Shown: piece after piece, positions 7,272-16,254 of the stretch
Numbering within the stretch: position 1 is the first letter of the stretch
Layout of the letters: every line of letters starts with the position of its first letter
DNA from: an uncultured Nitrosopumilaceae archaeon
GTDB taxonomy: Archaea > Thermoproteota > Nitrososphaeria > Nitrososphaerales > Nitrosopumilaceae
DNA: 24,920 nucleotides
NCBI GenBank assembly: GCA_964475825.1
Contig: CAYYXT010000014.1
Coordinates: forward strand, 1 to 24,920
Direction of reading: 5' to 3'
The notes under the pieces: generated by a model
Databases searched by the model: none
What the model saw: the letters and a program-made list of their open reading frames with translations, nothing else
What the model was told of the DNA's origin: nothing
Made by a program: the position numbers and the translations under genes

Positions 7272-7580
7272 ATGGCGGTAATTTGTAATACATGTGGTCT
7301 TCCTGAAGATCTATGCGCTTGTGGCGAACTCGCTAAAGATAGTACAAAAATTATAATTCGTTTGGAAACTCGACGATTCAAGAAAAAAGGAACTATGATT
7401 GAAGGATTAGATCCTAAATTAAATAATTTAGAAACTGTCGCCAAAGAATTAAAAAACAAATATGCTTGCGGTGGAACCGCGAAAGATGGCTACATATTTC
7501 TTCAAGGTGATCATAGGGACACAATCAAAGACACTCTGATCCGTTTAGGATTTCCTGAATCCAGCATCGAGCTCCATTAG
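7272..7580 (+). CDS. sui1: Translation initiation factor aSUI1/eIF1 (102 aa)
   Basis: N-terminal Cys knuckle (CNTCGLPEDLCAC), the IIRLETRRFKKKGTMIEGL core, KYACGGTAKDG and the FLQGDHRD motif are all typical of SUI1. Confidence 0.95.
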   Translation: MAVICNTCGLPEDLCACGELAKDSTKIIIRLETRRFKKKGTMIEGLDPKLNNLETVAKELKNKYACGGTAKDGYIFLQGDHRDTIKDTLIRLGFPESSIELH

Positions 7581-7587
7581 ATAGACA

Positions 7588-8580
7588 TTGCAAGTACCAA
7601 ATAAAATTCTCCAAATTATAAAAATTCCTCATTTTGCACTTTTGTCTGTCATATTTGGTATGATGCTGTTGTCATTTCCATTTGGAGTATTTGTTGTATT
7701 TAATACTGATATTGGGGATGATATTAATTTTCAATATCCGTTAAACAATCTTGATATTTTTCAAGAAATTGGATATCTTACTCCATTTGATATTGAAATA
7801 GGTGATGTCTTTATTGTTCTATGGTCTATCTATGCTATTCTTTTTACAATAGCTATGTTTGGTCCTGATAAAGGATTTCTAAAAGCATTGTCTGCAAATC
7901 TCAGTCATGGAAAATTAGAAACAAAATCAAACTATATGATTGCAATAACAAAATGGTTTTCAATTCTAATTCTGATATCTATAATTATTGATTTCATTCA
8001 ACAGGGATTTGGAATAGTCACTGTTCCTCCATCAGTCGATAATAACTTGGTTCAGTTTTTGTATGTGAGCCTGTCCCCTATTGTTGAAGAGCTTGGATTT
8101 CGAGTGATTCTCATCGGTTTACCACTTTTTGTGTTTTATTCACACAAATTATCTCTAAAACATTTTTTCAAATCCCTTTGGAATCCAAATCGTAATTTAC
8201 ATATCTATGATTTTAGAAAAACTCTGTTTTTGATAGTTTTAGTTGGTATATTTTTTGGACTAGCTCATATTATGACTGGTGAGCCGTGGAGTGAAGGAAA
8301 ATTTGCACAAGCCACTACAAGTGGAATTATACTCGGTTGGCTCTATTTTAGATTTGGTCTGATAGCTGCAATTCTTGTTCATTGGGGGACAAATTATTTT
8401 ATATTTTCATATGCAAATTTTGTATCTCAGATTAATGAGATAACGATTGAGGCGGCATTTTCACATCCTCTAATTAATACAATGGAAATATTGTTTTTAA
8501 TATCTGGCATATTTTCGGTTTCTGTATTGTTGATTACTTATTTTAATTTAAAAAAAGAACAAAAATTAAAAATTGAATAG
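7588..8580 (+). CDS. CPBP (CAAX/Abi) family intramembrane glutamic protease (330 aa; TTG start, alternative ATG at 7660)
   Basis: Polytopic membrane protein carrying the three CPBP motifs: EELGFRVIL (EExxxR), FGLAHI (FxxxH) and HWGTNY (HxxxN). It starts 7 nt after the SUI1 stop. Confidence 0.85.
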   Translation: MQVPNKILQIIKIPHFALLSVIFGMMLLSFPFGVFVVFNTDIGDDINFQYPLNNLDIFQEIGYLTPFDIEIGDVFIVLWSIYAILFTIAMFGPDKGFLKALSANLSHGKLETKSNYMIAITKWFSILILISIIIDFIQQGFGIVTVPPSVDNNLVQFLYVSLSPIVEELGFRVILIGLPLFVFYSHKLSLKHFFKSLWNPNRNLHIYDFRKTLFLIVLVGIFFGLAHIMTGEPWSEGKFAQATTSGIILGWLYFRFGLIAAILVHWGTNYFIFSYANFVSQINEITIEAAFSHPLINTMEILFLISGIFSVSVLLITYFNLKKEQKLKIE

Positions 8581-8693
8581 TGTATTATTCAAAATTTATC
8601 TGTTTAAGACATGCACTAAAATCTAATTCACTCTGATCATTTTCTCTGATTGTATTTTAATTGTAATTTAATTAGTGATAATTTTAAATTCAC

Positions 8694-9602
8694 TCAGAGG
8701 TTTAGTGCAAGTTTCAAGCCTTTGTACCTGTTTCTTATTGTGACTTCTGTCACTCCAGCTGCTTCTGCAACATCTCTTTGAGTTTTATTTTCACCATTTG
8801 TAACACATGCGACATAAAGTGCTGCTGCTGCTAACCCCATTGGGTCTTTCCCTGCCGATATTTTTTGCTCTTCTGCAGTTTGCAGTATTTTAGTAGCTGC
8901 CCTTTTTGTCTTTTCAGATAATCCTGCCTTACTTGCAATTCTTGATATACATTTTACAGGATCTACTACTGGCATTTTCAAATTAAGCTCTCTTAATAAT
9001 AGCCGATAACATCTTGCAATGTCTTTTCGCTTTATGTTACTTGCCTGTCCAATGTCTTTTAGTGTTCTAGGAGTTTCTGTATCTCTACATGCAGCATAAA
9101 GTGCAGATGCAATTAATGCTGAAATTGAACGCCCTCTTACAAGCCCTTTCTCTAATGCTTTACGATAAATGTAAGCCGCTTTTTCAATAACTGAATCGCC
9201 TACTGCTAATTTGTCTTTTAATCTATCTAATTCGCTAAATGCCTGTCTAAAGTTTCTATCAACAGGTTCGTGAACTTGACTTCTACTGTCCCATGTTCTC
9301 AGTCTTTCGATAGTGCTTTTCATGGCAGAAGTAAGTGGCTTGCCTGTCGCATCTCTGTTTTGAGGATTAATGACAGTTGCCAATCCCATGTCATGCATTG
9401 CCAATGAAGTTGGTACCCCTGCCCTGCTTTTGTTTTCACCTTCGTTAGAAAACGATCTCCATTCTGGACCTGACTCATCAACTTTGTCAGTAACCACAAA
9501 GCCACATTTTCCACAGAAATTCTCCCCCGTGGTTGCATCTGTGACTAACGTACCCTGCCCGCATCTTGGGCATCTGTCTTTTGGATTTACATTTTTAACC
9601 AT
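8694..9602 (-). CDS. tfb: Transcription initiation factor TFB (TFIIB homolog), 302 aa
   Basis: N-terminal zinc ribbon (CPRCG...CGKCG), a B-reader/linker (GPEWRSF), two cyclin-fold repeats and a C-terminal HTH (VTEVTIRNRYK). Confidence 0.97.
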   Translation of the reverse strand: MVKNVNPKDRCPRCGQGTLVTDATTGENFCGKCGFVVTDKVDESGPEWRSFSNEGENKSRAGVPTSLAMHDMGLATVINPQNRDATGKPLTSAMKSTIERLRTWDSRSQVHEPVDRNFRQAFSELDRLKDKLAVGDSVIEKAAYIYRKALEKGLVRGRSISALIASALYAACRDTETPRTLKDIGQASNIKRKDIARCYRLLLRELNLKMPVVDPVKCISRIASKAGLSEKTKRAATKILQTAEEQKISAGKDPMGLAAAALYVACVTNGENKTQRDVAEAAGVTEVTIRNRYKGLKLALNL

Positions 9603-9631
9603 TTTTTTCCTTTCAAAACTTTTTATGATTG

Positions 9632-9639
9632 ATATATAA
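9632..9639 (-). promoter_or_regulatory. Candidate TATA box for tfb
   Basis: The minus strand reads ttatatat, ending 29 nt upstream of the tfb ATG. That spacing would give a very short leader if transcription starts about 24-26 nt downstream. This is eye-level motif spotting in AT-rich DNA only. Confidence 0.3.
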
Positions 9640-9722
9640 CCATTGCTAATTCATTTCTTATAAATCTGATGGTGATCGATACCTAAAATTGTCTAATTTA
9701 TCTAAAACGCAATATCTTTTCC

Positions 9723-10361
9723 TTATTTTGCGTCTAAAATATTTTTAATTTTCTCTGCAATCTCTGGTTTCTCATTTTGTTCCAAGAGGAATTTCAGATC
9801 CTCCATATTGTCTACATCCCACATTATCCTTTTTACAAAAACAAGTGCTACATTTCTTGTGTGTTCTTTTGCAGTGTTCATATGAATTTTGTAACTGTCT
9901 TCATCATAATGTGTTATCATCAAGTCTATTGGCATTCTTACAAGCGCATTTGTACCATCAAATCTTCTAGAGGGCACAACTATTACAAAATTTGGAGGTA
10001 TTTTGTAGTTTAACATAAAATCAATATCTTGAGTTTTGATGAATGGTATGTCTTGTGGGAAAACAATTGACGCATCAAATTGATTTTCTAAAAGATATTT
10101 GTCAGCTAGAGCCACTGCACTGTTGACGCTTTTTTCTTCATTGTCTGGGATGATTATGGCATTGTATTTTTTGCCAAGTTCAATTGCTTTTTCTTCTTTT
10201 GTTACGATGATTGTTTTTTCAATTTGCGGTGAAATTGATAATATATGTAATATCTCTTCTAACATGATTTTGCATAAATCTTCTTTTTGCTGCGATGATA
10301 AATCCAAACGCGTTTTTGCTAGAGAGAAAGTCTTTACAGGAACGATTGCTGCAATTTTCAA
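9723..10361 (-). CDS. cofC: 2-phospho-L-lactate guanylyltransferase CofC (F420 biosynthesis), 212 aa
   Basis: The N-terminus MKIAAIVPVKTFSLAKTRL is the CofC/MobA-like nucleotidyltransferase signature. The gene starts 1 nt after the cofD stop. Confidence 0.85.
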   Translation of the reverse strand: MKIAAIVPVKTFSLAKTRLDLSSQQKEDLCKIMLEEILHILSISPQIEKTIIVTKEEKAIELGKKYNAIIIPDNEEKSVNSAVALADKYLLENQFDASIVFPQDIPFIKTQDIDFMLNYKIPPNFVIVVPSRRFDGTNALVRMPIDLMITHYDEDSYKIHMNTAKEHTRNVALVFVKRIMWDVDNMEDLKFLLEQNEKPEIAEKIKNILDAK

Positions 10362-10362
10362 A

Positions 10363-11283
10363 TTATACGTGTATTTGTTTTAAAATGAAATTCGCTAATG
10401 CGTCTTCAGCTAGTTTATTGTTCATGGTAATTTTTGTTTCATACACTTTCATATCCAGACTTTGAATTTTCTTTACAAGTAATCTATCTTTTGTATCAAC
10501 TACTATGTTTGAGCATACATCTGAATACATTTTTGCAAGACCATATGCGTTTGCTTCAATGCCTGCAGCTTCCATGTATTTTGCTGCTGGCCCGCTGATG
10601 GCTTTATCTCCAATGAGTGGACTAACTGCAACAACTTTCTTTTTAATTTTTGAAAGTTCTTTTCGAATTCCTTTGATTTGTAACATTGGACCAATAGATG
10701 TTAGTGGATTTCCTGGTGCCAAAATTACCATATCTGCATCATGAATTGCATTTACTGCTTCAGGATTTGGACGCGCTTTGTCTGCTCCGATATATTGAAT
10801 TCCTTCAACTTTGTCTCTTCCACGATGTTTTACCCAATATTCTTGAAGATGTAATTCTCCTTTGTCTGTGGTTATTCTTGTTTCTATGCTGTTATCTGTA
10901 ACTGGAATGATATTTGCACTGACTGCAAATTTTTCACACATCCATTTTGTAATGTCACTCAAATTTTTACCATTTTTTAACATGTTTGTTCTTATCAAGT
11001 GAGTTGCTGCATCTCTGTCTCCAACTCTAAACCATGTCTCTTCTCCAAACACTTCCATCTGTCTTAGAAAATTGAATGTGTCTTTTTTGATTCCCCATCC
11101 TCTTTCTTGATCTAGTAAATCTGCCAGACCGTAAATGATAGTATCAATATCTGGACACACGTATAACCCATAAAGCCAATAATTGTCCCCTACGTTAGTT
11201 ATTACATTGACTTTGGATTCTTGAGCTACTAATCCTCTGACTAGTTTCACCGAACCTGTTCCCCCTGCTAGTACTGTAATCAT
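10363..11283 (-). CDS. cofD: LPPG:FO 2-phospho-L-lactate transferase CofD (F420 biosynthesis), 306 aa
   Basis: MITVLAGGTGSVKLVRGL, NVGDN, CPDIDTIIYGLADLL, ERGWG, and APGNPLTSIGPML are all characteristic CofD/UPF0052 motifs. Confidence 0.93.
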   Translation of the reverse strand: MITVLAGGTGSVKLVRGLVAQESKVNVITNVGDNYWLYGLYVCPDIDTIIYGLADLLDQERGWGIKKDTFNFLRQMEVFGEETWFRVGDRDAATHLIRTNMLKNGKNLSDITKWMCEKFAVSANIIPVTDNSIETRITTDKGELHLQEYWVKHRGRDKVEGIQYIGADKARPNPEAVNAIHDADMVILAPGNPLTSIGPMLQIKGIRKELSKIKKKVVAVSPLIGDKAISGPAAKYMEAAGIEANAYGLAKMYSDVCSNIVVDTKDRLLVKKIQSLDMKVYETKITMNNKLAEDALANFILKQIHV

Positions 11284-11399
11284 TCCATTTTCTCCTAAAT
11301 CTCTAAAGCCATTTGCTGTTACTCCATATTACTTTTTCAGAAATTACCGATCTAATTTTTGAGGATAAGTTTATTACTAATTAACTGTCGATTTTATTC

Positions 11400-12758
11400 G
11401 TGTCTAGGACTGTATTTTTAGCAGTTTTGATTGCCGGTTTGTTTGTAATTGGCTCAGGTTCTTCTGTTTGGGCAGCACAAATTGATGCTAGAATTAATCC
11501 TAATAGTGATACGTCTCCTTTCTCTTATAATTTTCAGAAAACTATCTTTATTGAATACCCAAATGGCGGAAAGATATTTGATGAACTACATGAAAAGGAA
11601 TGGACAGTTAGCGGTTCTGCAGATGCGTCAAACCCTGGGGTTCAAAAATTAATCGCCAGTCTCAATCAAAAAATTCAATCTGATGGAAGCCATGCAAAAA
11701 TCTCTGATCTAAATGTAACTTATAATTTTTATCTTAAAGGCAGAAATCTCAACACTTCTATTGATTACAAAGTACTTCTAAAAGGTACTCTGACTGATTA
11801 TGTAATTACAAAAGACCAAGTTCGTGCATTAGTTGATATGGGTTGGAGAGGAATGAGCACTAATGACTCTGTTGTAATTGACGGTGTAGACATCAATTTA
11901 CCTATATCTTTGTTAAAAGACAAAGAGCCTGCAGTATATGATATTCTTGCAGGAACTGAGGCAGATTCAATATTATCAAAAGGTCTCATCAATGCCGATT
12001 TTATTTTAGAACAGCCAATGACTAATTGGCACTTTTTATTTGATCCTACTGGAGTTACTTCAGATGCTGCTACATTTGGATTAGACGAGTCTATCTCTGG
12101 ATTTGTTGTATCTAGCTGGACAATGGGCGAAAGTAGTCTTAGAGAAGGAAGACAAGTGGAAAGAGTTTTTGAAGCACCCGTATCTGCTGATCAAAATTAT
12201 GTAGTTAGAAGTGTTCAATCCTCTGATCAAGGAAATATTGCTGCAATTGGATTTGGTGCACTAGATGTACTTGATGGTTTAGAAATTATAGGAATTACAC
12301 CAACTCCTCCACCAGGTCACGGTACACCTTCTACTGGTGGATTTCCGGTGACGATAGTTTATGGCATGGCAGGAATGGCTGCAATTGGTGGTATAGCATT
12401 TTTCATCTTTAGTAATAGAGCACTAAAGAATCAAAAAATCGGTCAACAAGGAATTGACCCAAGTAAATTAGTAAGTTATCAAACAAGTGCATCTTCTGGC
12501 GGTTATCAAACTAATAGGGGTGAAGCACAGCTTGCCGATGCTTCTGATTATGCACAAACTAGAAGTGTATATGAAGACCAAAAACAGAGTCTACCTCCAG
12601 CTATTCCTAGTAGTAAGGAGGAAGCAGCATGTGGTTGTGCTGCGTCTGCAGAAATTGGTTCTGAATGTGACTGTGAAATGCATGGTTCATGTTTATGTGA
12701 TGCAACATGCAGATGCAATGCTAGTATTTGTAAAGAACAAGCTAGCTCAATGAGTTAA
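11400..12758 (+). CDS. Secreted, membrane-anchored protein with a cytoplasmic Cys-rich tail (452 aa, GTG start)
   Basis: Signal peptide (LAVLIAGLFVIGSGSSVWA/AQ) and an ectodomain of about 290 aa. Then come a Pro/Thr/Gly linker (TPTPPPGHGTPSTGG), one TM helix (12342..12410), a basic stop-transfer (SNRALKNQK) and a tail of about 100 aa. The tail ends in CGC..CDC..CLC..CRC..C. Confidence 0.8.
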   Translation: MSRTVFLAVLIAGLFVIGSGSSVWAAQIDARINPNSDTSPFSYNFQKTIFIEYPNGGKIFDELHEKEWTVSGSADASNPGVQKLIASLNQKIQSDGSHAKISDLNVTYNFYLKGRNLNTSIDYKVLLKGTLTDYVITKDQVRALVDMGWRGMSTNDSVVIDGVDINLPISLLKDKEPAVYDILAGTEADSILSKGLINADFILEQPMTNWHFLFDPTGVTSDAATFGLDESISGFVVSSWTMGESSLREGRQVERVFEAPVSADQNYVVRSVQSSDQGNIAAIGFGALDVLDGLEIIGITPTPPPGHGTPSTGGFPVTIVYGMAGMAAIGGIAFFIFSNRALKNQKIGQQGIDPSKLVSYQTSASSGGYQTNRGEAQLADASDYAQTRSVYEDQKQSLPPAIPSSKEEAACGCAASAEIGSECDCEMHGSCLCDATCRCNASICKEQASSMS

Positions 12759-12784
12759 TATCTTGTTGAAAATTAAAATATTTT

Positions 12785-12790
12785 AAAAAA
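12785..12790 (-). terminator. Oligo-T tract immediately 3' of the RNase P RNA
   Basis: The minus strand reads tttttt a few nt after the proposed RNA 3' end. Archaeal RNA polymerase terminates at oligo-T. The support is weak in such AT-rich DNA. Confidence 0.3.
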
Positions 12791-12793
12791 TAT

Positions 12794-13080
12794 ATGTGTG
12801 TGCTGGGAGTAACCCTCCTTCTGTTTTCACGATATTACGCTTTGCAGCCTACCTGAACTTGGTACAGGATCCTATAGTTCTGTTTGGCTTTGCTCCATGT
12901 GGGACGTCTTTTTCATTCCTTCTCTGGAAATCTCAGGTTTTGCCATCATCGTGCGCCAGGTTAGATTATTTTCTGCTCCGTTGCCAACCATCTCTGATTA
13001 TCCATCTCCGGATCACATTTCCTGTATGGAGGGAGGAGTTTCCTCTGCCGTAGCAGTGTATCGTGCTCCAGCTCACACAT
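12794..13080 (-). ncRNA. rnpB: RNase P RNA (archaeal type A-like), about 287 nt
   Basis: A relatively GC-rich island with only implausible ORFs. On the minus strand the 5' AUGUGUGAGCUGGAG pairs with the 3' CUCCCAGCACACACAU (P1). A CUGC-UACG-GCAG hairpin (P3-like) is followed directly by GAGGAAACUCC (CR-I; consensus GAGGAAAGUCC). ACAGAAGGAGGGUUAC near the 3' end matches CR-V (ACAGAA...GGCUUA). End coordinates are good to within a few nt. Confidence 0.8.
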
Positions 13081-13097
13081 GTTAGTTGTATTTTTGA

Positions 13098-13105
13098 TTT
13101 AATTT
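13098..13105 (-). promoter_or_regulatory. Candidate TATA box for RNase P RNA
   Basis: The minus strand reads aaattaaa about 18-25 nt upstream of the proposed RNA 5' end. The position is approximate and unverified. Confidence 0.25.
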
Positions 13106-13140
13106 GAAGATTGCCTTTCTGGTTTTTTACTGTTAAATAG

Positions 13141-14358
13141 TCACTTGTTTTTACTTTTAACCAAGTTGAATAATTGTCTAACTGCTAATTTTGGATGATG
13201 TGTTGTCAATTTTATCATGCTTGCTAATCCAAAATCTGCTTTAATAAAATCTAAAAATTCATCAGGTTTTAATTCCTTGATTATGTCTAATTCCTTATCC
13301 CATTCTTCATCTGATAACCCAATCCATCTATCTTGAACTTTCCCTGCAGATTTGATTTTTGCCTGAATGTCCTTTTTCCAATTCTCCTCATATGGATATA
13401 GTGCCATTTCATCTGTTTTTCCTGATTTTATTGCATTTGATGCAATTTTTCCTGCAACCCTTCCAAATTTTATTGCATATCTTATTCCCTCTAACACTAA
13501 TGGATTAGCCTGGCCTGCTGAATCTCCTACCAAAATCAAATTATTGTATACTGTTTTTCTTGATAATCCGTCGTTTGGAATTAACCCATAATGAAATTCA
13601 ATAGGTGTAATTTTTCCCAATTTGCTGATTGGACCAATTTTTGAGTCCATCAACTCTTTTAATCTCTCAGTAGGGTCTACTTGTGATTCTGGTTTTCCAA
13701 CTCCAACTCCTATTCTTACAATATTTTTTCCTACAGGAAAAATCCACGCATACCCTGCTGGAGAATATTTTTGACCCACCATGATCCACCATGTTTCTTG
13801 ATCTACATTTTCAGCTTCTACTTCGTATTCTGCACCTGCTCCAAATCTTTCCCACTGTGTTACAAACCCCATAGCTTTGGAAACTGTTGAAGAAAATCCG
13901 CTTGCATCCACAATAACTTTGGAATGAAATATTACATCTCCTTCCTTGTTTGTTCCACTTACTCCAACAATGTCTCCTTCTTTATTTTTTATTACATCTT
14001 TGATGTTGGTTTTGAGAAAAATATCTGCCCCTTCATTTTTTGCCTGCTCTGCTAACCATCGATATGTTTTTCTTACATCCAAAACTGCAGCTTGTGGAAT
14101 TGTATCACTAATTGTAACTTCATTATTTGGTGAACAAAATGAGTAATTTTTAATCGGATTATAGCAGTCTCTTGGAATGCCAAATTCTTTTATGTTTTGT
14201 ATCCATGTCACCCCGCTGGTTCTAACTGATTGTGCAATTGTTTCTTCTCTCTCTAAAAGCGCAACCTTAATTCCATTTTTTGATGCCTCATATGCTACTG
14301 AAGAACCTGCAGGTCCACCTCCTACTATTACTAAATCATAATGATACTCTAATACCAA
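13141..14358 (-). CDS. Geranylgeranyl reductase family flavoprotein (probable digeranylgeranylglycerophospholipid reductase), 405 aa
   Basis: N-terminal FAD Rossmann motif DLVIVGGGPAGSSVAYEASKNGIKVALLERE. A later LVGDSAG motif, together with the length, is typical of archaeal GGR. Confidence 0.9.
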   Translation of the reverse strand: MVLEYHYDLVIVGGGPAGSSVAYEASKNGIKVALLEREETIAQSVRTSGVTWIQNIKEFGIPRDCYNPIKNYSFCSPNNEVTISDTIPQAAVLDVRKTYRWLAEQAKNEGADIFLKTNIKDVIKNKEGDIVGVSGTNKEGDVIFHSKVIVDASGFSSTVSKAMGFVTQWERFGAGAEYEVEAENVDQETWWIMVGQKYSPAGYAWIFPVGKNIVRIGVGVGKPESQVDPTERLKELMDSKIGPISKLGKITPIEFHYGLIPNDGLSRKTVYNNLILVGDSAGQANPLVLEGIRYAIKFGRVAGKIASNAIKSGKTDEMALYPYEENWKKDIQAKIKSAGKVQDRWIGLSDEEWDKELDIIKELKPDEFLDFIKADFGLASMIKLTTHHPKLAVRQLFNLVKSKNK

Positions 14359-14422
14359 CTTCTTTACTTTGTTGATCCTAGGATATAATTTTGAGGTATG
14401 GTTTTATGTCTAGTTTTACAAA

Positions 14423-14650
14423 TTATTTTTTTAAAACTGGAGTTCCTTTGTCGTCGTTTTCTCTTTCCGAATCAAATGTACTCATATGTGCTAGATCTCT
14501 ATGCATGAAGCTATGGGTTTCTCCCATCTTTTTTCTACAGAATTTTCCATGTATTGTTTCTTGTATCTTTAATGTATTTTCATTTTCATGAAATAAGCGC
14601 ATTCCACAATTTGGACACGTTAATTCAGGCATGAAAGTGATCTGTATCAA
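14423..14650 (-). CDS. Small zinc-finger-like protein (75 aa; probable start MPELTCPNCG)
   Basis: CPNCGMRLFHENENTLKIQETIHGKFC shows C-x2-C followed by His/Cys ligands with non-canonical spacing. It looks C2H2-like but degenerate. An acidic C-terminus follows. Confidence 0.5.
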   Translation of the reverse strand: MIQITFMPELTCPNCGMRLFHENENTLKIQETIHGKFCRKKMGETHSFMHRDLAHMSTFDSERENDDKGTPVLKK

Positions 14651-14748
14651 ATCTATTTAGATGTTTCAGAAATAACTCTGAAAATTTATTTTATCACCTT
14701 GTTTTTTAAACCGAAACTTTAGATATTTAATTCATCTATGTTTGTTTA

Positions 14749-14874
14749 ATGGCAGAATATGATATTGCTTCTTTTGTACTCTGGTCTGTAATTACTGTAA
14801 TAATTATGGGAATTACTGGTCTTAGCTACAAGTCTTACAATAGGAGAAGAAAAAATGAGATCACTCCATCTTGA
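14749..14874 (+). CDS. Possible 41-aa single-TM micro-protein
   Basis: Manual translation gives MAEYDIASFVLWSVITVIIMGITGLSYKSYNRRRKNEITPS, that is one TM helix followed by a basic cluster. It overlaps the start of the next gene by 20 nt in another frame and is below the track's length cutoff. Confidence 0.3.
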   Translation: MAEYDIASFVLWSVITVIIMGITGLSYKSYNRRRKNEITPS

Positions 14875-15436
14875 AAAAAAGGGTTTACGTGGTCTTGCTA
14901 TTGCTGAAAGCTTTAGACAAAATTCAGAGAGATCAATTCTATCTGGATTGATAATGAGAAGGGATTTTGTAATTGATGGATTTGTTTTTGGAAGTGCCAC
15001 TTTAGAAGGCAATGATGTTACTGATCAAATATTGCACATGTATGAAGAACTATGCCGATCCGATATTAGTTACCTAATCCTTTCTGGGTTGATTGTTTCA
15101 ATGTATAATATTGTTGATATCAAAAAACTACATGATTCTTTACAAATCCCCGTTATTGGAATTACATACAATGAATCTGATGGAATTGAAGATGCAATAA
15201 AACATCACTTCCCAAAATCTTTTGAATCTAAAATTAACGAATATAAAAAATTAGGAAAAAGAGAGAGAATCACTTTGCATACATCTCATGATCTTTTTGT
15301 ACGATATGAGGGCTGTACAATTTATGAAGTTAAACAACTCTTAAACGAATTAACCTTGCAAGGCTCGATTCCTGAACCTCTTAGAGTATCTCAATTACTT
15401 GCTAACACATTACTTCAAAAAGGATTATCCTTCTGA
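14855..15436 (+). CDS. DUF99/UPF0215 family protein (endonuclease dU-like), 193 aa
   Basis: RGLAIAESF, LEGNDVTDQI, ILSGLIVSMYNIVD, IPVIGITY and the C-terminal IPEPLRVSQLLA follow the conserved DUF99 block order (GiDD.., DG.DaT, ldGi..aGFNivD, PVI.V, iPEPLRvAHl.A). Confidence 0.75.
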   Translation: MRSLHLEKKGLRGLAIAESFRQNSERSILSGLIMRRDFVIDGFVFGSATLEGNDVTDQILHMYEELCRSDISYLILSGLIVSMYNIVDIKKLHDSLQIPVIGITYNESDGIEDAIKHHFPKSFESKINEYKKLGKRERITLHTSHDLFVRYEGCTIYEVKQLLNELTLQGSIPEPLRVSQLLANTLLQKGLSF

Positions 15437-16186
15437 AGCTGTTTTTCCACCATCTACATTGAGGACAGTACCTGTAATCCAATTTGCCTCATCTGATGCT
15501 AAGAATAACACTGCATTTGCAACATCTACTGGTTCACCAATTCTTGCTAGCGGTAATCTTTCTTCTAGAACTTTTCTTGCTTGGGGATCATCAAGATATG
15601 GCTTTATCATGCCTGAATTGATAATTCCTGGATTTACACAATTACATCTGATATTTCTTCTTGCATATTCTACTGCAATTGATTTTGTGAACATTGTTAT
15701 TGCTGCTTTTGTTGCCGAGTATGCTGCCAAATGAACTCTTGGTATAGCTCTTTCACTTGAGATTGAACCAATATTTACAATAACTCCTTTTTTAACATCT
15801 ACCATTTTGTTTAGCACAGCTTTTGTCATGTGAAAAACTCCAAACAAATTGACATCAATTAATTTTTTAATTTCAGACTCTGCCATTTCATGAAAGTGAA
15901 CCGGATCATTAATTGCACCTGCATTATTCACTAAAATATCGATTTTCCCATATGTGTCCATAATTTGATTAACTGTTTGCATTACTTGAGAGTCATTAGT
16001 TAAATCACACGACATTGATGCTGTAGATTTTTCATTTCCTATCTCTTTTCTGGCTTTTTCTAACCCCTCTAGATTTCTTGCAATGAGAATTACTTTGGCT
16101 CCTTCCTCTGCAAATCTCTTTGCAACACCTTTGCCAATATCACTTGATGCGCCAGTAACTATTGCAACTTTGTCTTTTAATCGCAT
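15425..16186 (-). CDS. Short-chain dehydrogenase/reductase (FabG-like), 253 aa
   Basis: [10 protein letters not shown] (TGxxxGxG), NNAG, and the catalytic S...YSATKAA (YxxxK) are classical SDR features. Confidence 0.93.
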   Translation of the reverse strand: MRLKDKVAIVTGASSDIGKGVAKRFAEEGAKVILIARNLEGLEKARKEIGNEKSTASMSCDLTNDSQVMQTVNQIMDTYGKIDILVNNAGAINDPVHFHEMAESEIKKLIDVNLFGVFHMTKAVLNKMVDVKKGVIVNIGSISSERAIPRVHLAAYSATKAAITMFTKSIAVEYARRNIRCNCVNPGIINSGMIKPYLDDPQARKVLEERLPLARIGEPVDVANAVLFLASDEANWITGTVLNVDGGKTASEG

Positions 16187-16254
16187 ATGGTAATTTTATT
16201 GCTGTAACTTATAGAATTTTTGGTAAATCTCAGTCACGATTCTTATTTGTTATG

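Noticed and set aside
7226-7459. The 77-aa minus-strand ORF
   Set aside because: It is antisense to the unambiguous SUI1 gene.
9320-11992. Nested and antisense ORFs within tfb, cofC, cofD and the 452-aa gene. These are 9320..9538, 9370..9639, 9777..10013, 10099..10383, 10503..10694, 10505..10744, 10698..10901, 11449..11652 and 11798..11992. Also 12487..12753, which lies just outside the stated span.
   Set aside because: Each overlaps a gene with strong motif support in another frame or strand, and none has motifs of its own.
12796-13085. Plus-strand ORFs 12796..13053 and 12897..13085 as protein genes
   Set aside because: They lie entirely within the RNase P RNA locus, have odd composition, and overlap each other in different frames.
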